Notes under the pieces: model-generated
The model's database searches: none
What the model was told of the DNA's origin: nothing
Seen by the model: the letters and a program-made list of their open reading frames with translations, nothing else
In this document: one piece after another, positions 1 to 6,019 of the stretch
Layout of the letters: each line of letters begins with the position of its first letter
Numbering within the stretch: the first letter of the stretch is position 1
NCBI GenBank assembly: GCA_964457525.1
Contig: CAYWGS010000030.1
Location: 1-9,361, forward strand
Origin: an uncultured Erysipelotrichaceae bacterium
GTDB taxonomy: Bacteria; Bacillota_I; Bacilli_A; Erysipelotrichales; Erysipelotrichaceae
Reading direction: 5' to 3'
Length of the DNA: 9,361 nucleotides
Position numbers and translations under genes: made by a program

Positions 1-1
1 T

Positions 2-61
2 GTTGGCTTATTAATTCAAATTATTTCTCTTAAATCACAATCATCCGTTGATGCATTATAA
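2..61 (+). CDS. 3' end of an upstream gene entering from the left edge (partial, product unknown)
   Basis: Frame 2 is open from the window edge (VGLLIQIISLKSQSSVDAL*). Its TAA at 59-61 directly abuts a terminator-like hairpin. Only 19 codons are visible, so no product call is possible. Confidence 0.3.
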   Translation, partial: VGLLIQIISLKSQSSVDAL

Positions 62-82
62 AAAGACGTTTCCGTCTTTTTT
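61..82 (+). terminator. Rho-independent terminator-like hairpin
   Basis: AAAAGACG (61-68), TTTC loop, CGTCTTTT (73-80), giving an 8-bp stem followed by further T residues (T-run 77-82). It sits immediately after the TAA at 59-61. The GC core is short, only GACG/CGTC. Confidence 0.5.
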
Positions 83-108
83 ACTTTATGGAGAATCTAT
101 GTTATATA
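80..108 (+). promoter_or_regulatory. Candidate sigma-A type promoter for the small ORF at 134
   Basis: -35-like TTTACT (80-85), a 17-nt spacer, then an extended -10 TGtTATATA (100-108). It lies about 25 nt upstream of the GGGGGA Shine-Dalgarno at 125-130. In AT-rich DNA such matches also arise by chance. Confidence 0.35.
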
Positions 109-133
109 TAAACTAACAATCTATGGGGGACAT

Positions 134-346
134 ATGATTCAAACAATTGCACAAATAATTGACGTGATTATCCTAATTACTTTTTTAATTGTACTCTTTC
201 ATACCATTCGCTATTACAAAATTGCTTATCAAAATCAATCGATGATTAAAAATAAAGTCTTACGATCGATTGTATCGATCTTTGTATCCATGTTCCACGG
301 AATATCGGTTATCTTTGGAGCCCCTTACATCAAGGATGAAAAATAA
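134..346 (+). CDS. Small hypothetical membrane protein (70 aa, two predicted TM helices)
   Basis: ATG at 134 is preceded by GGGGGA (125-130). There are two hydrophobic stretches (IIDVIILITFLIVLF and IVSIFVSMFHGISVIFGA) and a charged tail, YIKDEK. The gene has its own candidate promoter and is flanked by hairpins on both sides. I recognise no family. Confidence 0.5.
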   Translation: MIQTIAQIIDVIILITFLIVLFHTIRYYKIAYQNQSMIKNKVLRSIVSIFVSMFHGISVIFGAPYIKDEK

Positions 347-367
347 AAAGGAGAATTCTCCCTTTTT
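345..367. terminator. Hairpin between convergent genes, a possible bidirectional terminator
   Basis: AAAAAGGAGAATTCTCCCTTTTT: a GGAG/CTCC stem with an AATT loop, an A-run on one side and a T-run on the other (one bulged C). It lies between the TAA of the small ORF (344-346) and the stop of tatD (366-368). The stem is weak. Confidence 0.45.
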
Positions 368-1127
368 AATCGACTAATCGTCTATAGTTATCTTCTAAGA
401 TAACACTCAAATCATCCAAAGACATATTTCTAAGTTCCGCAATCGTCTTAGCGACCTCTACCACATAGAAACTTTCATTTCGTTTCCCTCGATAAGGATG
501 AGGGGTCAAATATGGACTATCGGTCTCAATCAATAAGTAATTAATATCAATATACTTTGCGACCTCTTTTGGCGTATGTGCATTTTTAAATGTGACAGGA
601 CCTGCAAGAGAGATATAGTACCCTAACTTAATAAACTCACGAGCCATCTCTAAACTACCTGAGAAACAATGCATGATGCCTTTGCGATTGACAGGATGTG
701 CCTTTAGAATTTCATAAGTACGTTTAGACGCATCACGTGTATGAATACTAATCGGTTTATTGAGTTGATTCGCCCATTCAATTTGTTTGATAAAAAGATC
801 TTCTTGGAGTCGATGTGTTTCAGGATCCTTATCCCAATAGAAGTCTAATCCAATTTCTCCAATTATTTTAACTTTCTCATCTTGCATGAGTTCAAACATA
901 CGATCATAATCCTTAGGACTTAATACATCCCCAGGATGAAATCCAATCGCCACATCAAACATATCATTTTCATGTGCTAACTTGAGTGCCTTTTCAGCCC
1001 CATCAAGCTCACAACCAATTAAAACAATCTTCTCAACTTGATTGTCTTTAGCTCTTTGTATGACTTCATTTATATCGTCTTTAAACTCATCCTCTGCTAG
1101 ATGTGCATGCGTATCAATCCATCTCAT
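366..1127 (-). CDS. tatD: TatD-family metal-dependent hydrolase/DNase
   Basis: Motifs IDTHAHL, GEIGLD, HTRDA, HCFSG and ETDSPYL. I place the start at the second ATG (1127, MRWIDTHAHL), which has AAGGA about 9 nt upstream and matches the usual family N-terminus. The track ORF starts at 1154. The 1127 start overlaps the upstream gene by 14 nt. Confidence 0.9.
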   Translation of the reverse strand: MRWIDTHAHLAEDEFKDDINEVIQRAKDNQVEKIVLIGCELDGAEKALKLAHENDMFDVAIGFHPGDVLSPKDYDRMFELMQDEKVKIIGEIGLDFYWDKDPETHRLQEDLFIKQIEWANQLNKPISIHTRDASKRTYEILKAHPVNRKGIMHCFSGSLEMAREFIKLGYYISLAGPVTFKNAHTPKEVAKYIDINYLLIETDSPYLTPHPYRGKRNESFYVVEVAKTIAELRNMSLDDLSVILEDNYRRLVD

Positions 1128-1548
1128 AAACTTCTGTCCTTGCGAGCATATCATGGAGTGATGAATGTGAATCTCTAAAGATCATAATGAGTAATGAAAT
1201 AATTGTTAAGATAAACAAATATGATTGGGCAAAGAATGCTTTCACAATCGTACGTAAAATAAATCTAAAATTTGAGACATCCCCATCAATTGAACGAACT
1301 CTTAAGTTCATAAAATACTTCCCAATCGTTGTCTTAAACACCATGAGTCCAATTGATTCATATGCGATATAAACCACAACTGAAGTAACTGAGAATGCCC
1401 AAAATGGATGACGTAAGAAACCCATAAATGGAAGTAAACTTAACACAAGCCGTACAAAACCTAATACAAGTGAAATAAGTAGACTTGGGAGTCCCACAAT
1501 TAATCCATCGATACAATAAGCAATAATTCGTTTAAGTGTAAGTTCCAT
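1114..1548 (-). CDS. RDD-family integral membrane protein
   Basis: N-terminal KRIIAYCIDGLIV and C-terminal SLHDMLARTEV match the R..D..D signature of RDD-domain proteins. There are three or four hydrophobic segments. The ORF starts 2 nt after the mnmE stop and ends with TGA. Confidence 0.75.
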   Translation of the reverse strand: MELTLKRIIAYCIDGLIVGLPSLLISLVLGFVRLVLSLLPFMGFLRHPFWAFSVTSVVVYIAYESIGLMVFKTTIGKYFMNLRVRSIDGDVSNFRFILRTIVKAFFAQSYLFILTIISLLIMIFRDSHSSLHDMLARTEVYEMD

Positions 1549-1550
1549 AG

Positions 1551-2876
1551 TTATTTACCTAAGCAGAAACGACTGAATATCTCATCGTTAATATTTGTAT
1601 CCGAAGAAGTTGAACCAATCGCATGAAGAGCTTGGTACGCTTCTCTTAAATCAATGTTAATTAAATCAATTTCATTCTCCATCTCAATTGATTCGATCGC
1701 TTGATTCATTGCGAATAATGCTTGAATGGCTAAACCAATTGTACGTTGTGTACTGAGTACAGGACGTTTAAACACGAATTGGTGAGGTTCATAACGCTCA
1801 TTAATCACATCAATGAGTGCCTTAATATTCTTATTCATCGCACTAATCTCTAAGCGATTGGATTTAGACACAAGGTCAGATTTGTTATAGACGAGTAATA
1901 CTTTATTGGGATCAATCTTGTGATAGATCTCTTTTTCTTCCTCATCCATTTCGTTTTGTGCATCCACTAAGAAGAGAACGAGTTCCGCTTCTTCAATCAT
2001 CTTATACGTCTTATCAATCCCCAACTTCTCAACCACATCATCACTTTGACGTATTCCTGCCGTATCGAGAAGATGTAGACTGACATTCTTAAGACGGACT
2101 GTTCCTTCTACCACATCACGTGTCGTACCTGGTATATCGGTTACGATGGCTTTATCTTCGTTAAGCAAAGCATTTAAAAGGGATGATTTCCCTACATTTG
2201 GTTTACCGATAATCGCCGTCTTAATCCCATTCTTCATCTCAACTCCAGACTTCGATTCTTGTACAATGACTTCTAATTTATGTTTAAAATCAGTACAGAG
2301 TGGAAGTAAGGTTTTTCGTGTCATCTCTTCAATATCGTATTCTGGATAATCAATATTGACTTCAATATGCGCAATAATACCCAATAACTCTTCTTTAAGT
2401 GGATCAATCAGAGACTTCAACGATCCTTTTAATCCTGCAATTGCGAGTTGTGCACTTTGTTCACTATCCGCATACACCAACTCATTAATGGATTCAGCTT
2501 GACTTAAGTCAATGCGTCCATTCATAACGGCTCTTTGGGTAAACTCACCATTATAGGCGAGTCTAGCACCTAATCCTAAAACTAAACCCAAGATTTTCTG
2601 AGTCACATAGACCCCACCATGACATTGTATTTCCACAATATCTTCACGCGTATAACTTCGTGGTCCCTTCATCACTAAGATAATGACTTCATCCACTACA
2701 TTATTCGTAATGGGCTCATGCACAAAACCATAGGTAATCCTATGGTCCTGTTTTGATAAATCTTTATGAATTAACTTCTCTGTTATTTCAACCGCACGAT
2801 CCCCACTTAAGCGAATAATCGACACCGCTTGAGTCGTTAATGCGGTAGAAAGTGAAACGATCGTATCTTGTATCAT
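1551..2876 (-). CDS. mnmE: tRNA modification GTPase MnmE (TrmE/ThdF)
   Basis: G1 GKPNVGKSSLLN, G3 DTAGIR, G4 NKSD and the diagnostic C-terminal CLGK. The start is moved to the ATG at 2876 (MIQDTIVSLSTA...IIRLSG), which aligns with the MnmE N-terminus and lies 1 nt after the parB stop. The track ORF start at 2906 would add 10 unconserved residues overlapping parB. Confidence 0.93.
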   Translation of the reverse strand: MIQDTIVSLSTALTTQAVSIIRLSGDRAVEITEKLIHKDLSKQDHRITYGFVHEPITNNVVDEVIILVMKGPRSYTREDIVEIQCHGGVYVTQKILGLVLGLGARLAYNGEFTQRAVMNGRIDLSQAESINELVYADSEQSAQLAIAGLKGSLKSLIDPLKEELLGIIAHIEVNIDYPEYDIEEMTRKTLLPLCTDFKHKLEVIVQESKSGVEMKNGIKTAIIGKPNVGKSSLLNALLNEDKAIVTDIPGTTRDVVEGTVRLKNVSLHLLDTAGIRQSDDVVEKLGIDKTYKMIEEAELVLFLVDAQNEMDEEEKEIYHKIDPNKVLLVYNKSDLVSKSNRLEISAMNKNIKALIDVINERYEPHQFVFKRPVLSTQRTIGLAIQALFAMNQAIESIEMENEIDLINIDLREAYQALHAIGSTSSDTNINDEIFSRFCLGK

Positions 2877-2877
2877 A

Positions 2878-3723
2878 TTAATCTTCCAATGCGTCCATGA
2901 GATCAAGCAAACGATTCAAATCATCTTCCGAATCGAAATGAATCTGTATTTTTGATCCTTCTATTTTTACTTTTGTCTGCAATTTATTACGAAGAAGTTG
3001 TTCGGCATAATCAAAACGATGACTTACAACCTTCTCATGTTTAGGCTTCTTCTTCATCAGCGCTTCAACTTCACGAGCACTTAATTTTTCTTTCACAATA
3101 CGTTTCGCAATACTTTCAACTAAAGCCTTATCTTCACAACTAATTAAAGGCTTCACTTGACCCATAGTGAGTTCTTGATTGTATAACATTTGAATAACCG
3201 ATTCAGGGAGTTGGAATAAACGTAAGGTATTGGTAATATGCACACGGCTCTTACCCACTTTCTTACCCAATTCTTCTTGTGTCAAACCTAAACGATCAAT
3301 CAAGGTTTTATACGCTCTCGCTTCTTCCACAACATTTAAATCTTCACGTTGAATATTTTCAATCAGTGAGATTTCCATCATTTGTTGGTCATCGAAATCA
3401 AGGACTATCGCTGGAATACGTTCTAACCCAACTTGTTTCGTCGCACGTAAACGTCTTTCACCCGCAATGAGTTGGTAACCACTAACCGCCTTACGCACTA
3501 AAACGGGTGTAAATACACCGTGTTCTTTAATGGACATCGCAAGTTCATCAATACGTTCTTGATCAAAATGTTGTCTCGGTTGATAAGGATTTGGATGAAT
3601 TAATTTAACTTCAATCTCTTCTGAATTATGTCCACTGTGTTGAATTTCTTCAAGTACCGTCGTCACATCTTCCCCAAAGATTGCCTCTAATCCCTTCCCT
3701 AAACCTTTTTTCTTCTCGGCCAT
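2878..3723 (-). CDS. parB: Chromosome partitioning protein ParB/Spo0J
   Basis: N-terminal GLGKGLEAIF, CTP-binding box IAGERRLRA, LIENIQREDL, and the HTH LTQEELGKKVGKSRVHITNTLRL. AAGGGGTG lies upstream of the start, and the ATG overlaps the parA stop (TAATG). Confidence 0.95.
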   Translation of the reverse strand: MAEKKKGLGKGLEAIFGEDVTTVLEEIQHSGHNSEEIEVKLIHPNPYQPRQHFDQERIDELAMSIKEHGVFTPVLVRKAVSGYQLIAGERRLRATKQVGLERIPAIVLDFDDQQMMEISLIENIQREDLNVVEEARAYKTLIDRLGLTQEELGKKVGKSRVHITNTLRLFQLPESVIQMLYNQELTMGQVKPLISCEDKALVESIAKRIVKEKLSAREVEALMKKKPKHEKVVSHRFDYAEQLLRNKLQTKVKIEGSKIQIHFDSEDDLNRLLDLMDALED

Positions 3724-4499
3724 TATTTCACCCCTTCATTCTGTTGGATGACTTCTTTCGCCAATGCGGCATACGCACGTGCTCCTTCAGAACGAACATC
3801 GTATTCAAAGATACTTTGTCCACGCGAAGGGGCTTCGGATAATTTAATATTTCTAGGAATAAATGATTTATAAACTCTTTCTTTAAAGTACTTACGAACT
3901 TCTTGTTGGACTTCAACACTTAACTTCGTACGAGCATCAAACATGGTTAATAAGATCCCCTCAATCATCAACTTCGTATTAAACAATTTCTGTACTAAAC
4001 GAATGGTTGATAAGAGTTGTGTTAATCCTTCTAACGCATAATATTCACATTGAACAGGAATAATCACTGAATCAGCTGCTGTTAATGCATTGGTATTGAG
4101 TAAACCTAAAGAAGGAGGACAGTCGATCACAATATAATCATATTGATCACGAACCGCATCCAACTTATTCTTAAGTAACTTCTCACGACCTACTTTATAT
4201 TCCACCATCTCTAAATCTGCCCCAGCTAAATCAATTGTGGCAGGGATGAGATGTAATGGAGGTTGTTTTAAATTCAACTTCGCTTGGTCAACGGTTTTAT
4301 CAGACATCACCACATCATACACACTGTGATGAATGGATTCACGCGCTGCCCCAACCCCTTGGGTACTGTTTGCTTGCGGATCAAAGTCAACCAGTAAAAC
4401 TTTCTTGCCTAAATAAGCGAGTCCTGACGCAAGATTAATACTTGTGGTTGTTTTACCAACCCCACCTTTTTGATTCGCAATCGCAATAATTTTACCCAT
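3723..4499 (-). CDS. parA: Chromosome partitioning ATPase ParA/Soj
   Basis: Deviant Walker A NQKGGVGKTTT, plus IVIDCPPSLG and a Soj-like length of 258 aa. The strong SD AAGAGGT lies 6 nt upstream of the ATG. Confidence 0.95.
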   Translation of the reverse strand: MGKIIAIANQKGGVGKTTTSINLASGLAYLGKKVLLVDFDPQANSTQGVGAARESIHHSVYDVVMSDKTVDQAKLNLKQPPLHLIPATIDLAGADLEMVEYKVGREKLLKNKLDAVRDQYDYIVIDCPPSLGLLNTNALTAADSVIIPVQCEYYALEGLTQLLSTIRLVQKLFNTKLMIEGILLTMFDARTKLSVEVQQEVRKYFKERVYKSFIPRNIKLSEAPSRGQSIFEYDVRSEGARAYAALAKEVIQQNEGVK

Positions 4500-4511
4500 A
4501 TTAACCTCTTT

Positions 4512-5273
4512 CTACTTCGGAAACCTCAATACTATTTCAACATGGTCCTCTGAGTCTTTCTCAGCCATTTCGACCACGATTCCAGTCTTCTTAATCATCT
4601 GTACCGCCGCATGAACGGTATTGAGCGCAACACGTAAATTACGAGTAATTCCACGAGTCACATTCTTCTTCACTTTCTTATCTTCCTTATGATGTTCCAC
4701 CAATGCTTCCGTTTGTTTTACATTAAGGTTTTGTTCCGTGATTTTCTTATAAACATCCAGTTGTTTCTTCTCATCCATTCCAAGAAGAGCACGCGCATGA
4801 CGTTCCGTAATCTTATGATCACTGACCGCAGCTTGAATCTCTTCTGGTAATTGAAGTAAACGAATCTTATTCGCAACACTGGACTGAGACTTACCAATCT
4901 TAGTCGCAATCTTCTCTTGTGTTAAAGCATGTGTTTCTAACATCACCACAAATGCTTTAGCTTCTTCAATCGCCGATAAATCTTCACGTTGAATGTTCTC
5001 AACCAACGCCATTTCAGCCATTTGACTATCATCCACATCTAAGACAAAACAAGGAATCGAATCAGCCTGTAAGTAACATAACGCACGATAACGACGTTCT
5101 CCTGCAATAATCTCATAGGTATCACCATTTTGACGTACAGATATGGGTTGAATTAACCCATTTTCTTTAATGGATTCGGCTAATTCTTTAATTGCGTCTT
5201 CATTAAAAGTTAAACGTGGTTGGTATCGATTGGATACAATTTTATGTAAAGGAATATCTCGAGTTTGTTTCAT
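4512..5273 (-). CDS. noc: ParB-family nucleoid occlusion protein Noc-like paralog
   Basis: IIAGERRYRA and LVENIQREDL are ParB-type motifs. KITERHARAL, LNVKQTE and the C-terminal ...IVLRFPK match what I recall of Bacillus subtilis Noc rather than Spo0J. The position between rsmG and parA is the canonical noc position. The N-terminus is short (see findings). Confidence 0.8.
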   Translation of the reverse strand: MKQTRDIPLHKIVSNRYQPRLTFNEDAIKELAESIKENGLIQPISVRQNGDTYEIIAGERRYRALCYLQADSIPCFVLDVDDSQMAEMALVENIQREDLSAIEEAKAFVVMLETHALTQEKIATKIGKSQSSVANKIRLLQLPEEIQAAVSDHKITERHARALLGMDEKKQLDVYKKITEQNLNVKQTEALVEHHKEDKKVKKNVTRGITRNLRVALNTVHAAVQMIKKTGIVVEMAEKDSEDHVEIVLRFPK

Positions 5274-5274
5274 A

Positions 5275-5982
5275 TTATAGAACTTTCTTTTTTATTTGTG
5301 CATACGCTCTAGGATACTGATTCGGGGTTTTATCCAACTTAGTCCATTCTAAATTAAATCGTTGACCCGCATTCGGTAAACTCTGTGCATGAACCATTGT
5401 ATCACTAAGCTTCAATACTTTAATCGCATTTTTTGCGTCACTGATCTCTTCTTGTGCATTTAAGCCCTTCATCGCAATCATCTTCCCATTTACTTTAAGC
5501 AAAGGAACCGATAACTCCATTAACATACTTAACTTCGCAACCGCACGAGACGTACACACATCATACGATTCTCTTAAATCGCTACATTCTTCAGCTCTAC
5601 GATTGAGCACATTCACATTCTTAAGCTTCAATTCTTGTATAACTTGTTTTAAAAACTGACAACGTTTCCCTGTCGGTTCAATTAAATCAAATTGACAATC
5701 ATCTCTTACAATCGCCAGACATAAGCCAGGAAATCCTGCTCCACTCCCAATATCCGCAACCTTTGAACCTTCAGGAATAAGAGGTTCAATGAGTAAACAG
5801 TCCATAAAATGTTTCTCACGAACCGCTTCATCTTGATCAATCGCAGTTAAATTCATTACTTTATTAACTTCAACGAGTAATTTTAAGTACGTTTCGAATT
5901 GTTCTGATAGATGTTTTGCTTTATCTCCATACGAAGACAGTAAAAACTGATAAAAATTCTCTTGGCTTAATCCATTTTCCAT
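5275..5982 (-). CDS. rsmG: 16S rRNA (guanine527-N7)-methyltransferase RsmG (GidB)
   Basis: SAM-binding motif DIGSGAGFPG, and a family-typical N-terminal region (LSEQFETYLKLLVEVNKVMNLTAI) and length (235 aa). There is no recognisable Shine-Dalgarno before the ATG at 5982. Confidence 0.92.
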   Translation of the reverse strand: MENGLSQENFYQFLLSSYGDKAKHLSEQFETYLKLLVEVNKVMNLTAIDQDEAVREKHFMDCLLIEPLIPEGSKVADIGSGAGFPGLCLAIVRDDCQFDLIEPTGKRCQFLKQVIQELKLKNVNVLNRRAEECSDLRESYDVCTSRAVAKLSMLMELSVPLLKVNGKMIAMKGLNAQEEISDAKNAIKVLKLSDTMVHAQSLPNAGQRFNLEWTKLDKTPNQYPRAYAQIKKKVL

Positions 5983-6007
5983 GGATGTATTATAACAAAT
6001 TACATCC
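5983..6007 (-). promoter_or_regulatory. Inverted repeat with an embedded extended -10 (TGtTATAAT) abutting the rsmG start codon
   Basis: On the minus strand the sequence is GGATGTA-ATTTGTTATAA-TACATCC followed directly by ATG. The 7-bp arms are at 6007-6001 and 5989-5983. TG is at 5997-5996 and TATAAT at 5994-5989, 6 nt before the A of the rsmG ATG. Function unproven. Confidence 0.3.
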
Positions 6008-6019
6008 CCATTAAGAAGA

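Noticed and set aside
288-303. parS-like sequence TGTTCCACGGAATATC inside the small ORF
   Set aside because: Only the left half-site matches (about 11 of 16 positions overall), and the CACGTG core and the right arm are absent. It is unlikely to bind a ParB dimer.
345-355. AAAAAGGAGAA resembling a strong ribosome-binding site
   Set aside because: No start codon or ORF follows it on the plus strand. The GGAG is the 5' arm of the hairpin between the two convergent genes.
1187-1372. 61-aa plus-strand ORF antisense to the RDD-family gene
   Set aside because: It lies entirely within a well-supported gene on the opposite strand. It has no SD and a low-complexity AT-driven composition. This is a typical shadow ORF.
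2146-2349. 67-aa plus-strand ORF antisense to mnmE
   Set aside because: It overlaps the conserved G-domain coding region of mnmE on the opposite strand. It has no translation signals and is a shadow ORF.
3337-3354. 18-nt exact repeat TAAATCTTCACGTTGAAT, shared with 4977-4994
   Set aside because: Both copies encode the same conserved ParB-family motif (ENIQREDL) in the paralogs parB and noc. This is paralog sequence conservation, not a repeat element or a binding site.
3279-3470. 63-aa plus-strand ORF antisense to parB
   Set aside because: It is embedded in parB on the opposite strand, has no SD and has no recognisable motifs.
3728-3919. 63-aa minus-strand ORF in an alternative frame of parA
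   Set aside because: It occupies the same strand as the 3' end of parA but in a different frame. The parA frame carries the conserved Soj sequence, so the alternative frame is an artefact.
4256-4438. 60-aa plus-strand ORF antisense to parA
   Set aside because: It overlaps the Walker-A-proximal part of parA on the opposite strand. It has no signals and is a shadow ORF.
4718-4909. 63-aa minus-strand ORF in an alternative frame of noc
   Set aside because: It lies in an alternative frame inside the conserved noc HTH region. The composition is arginine/leucine-rich, as is typical of out-of-frame translation.
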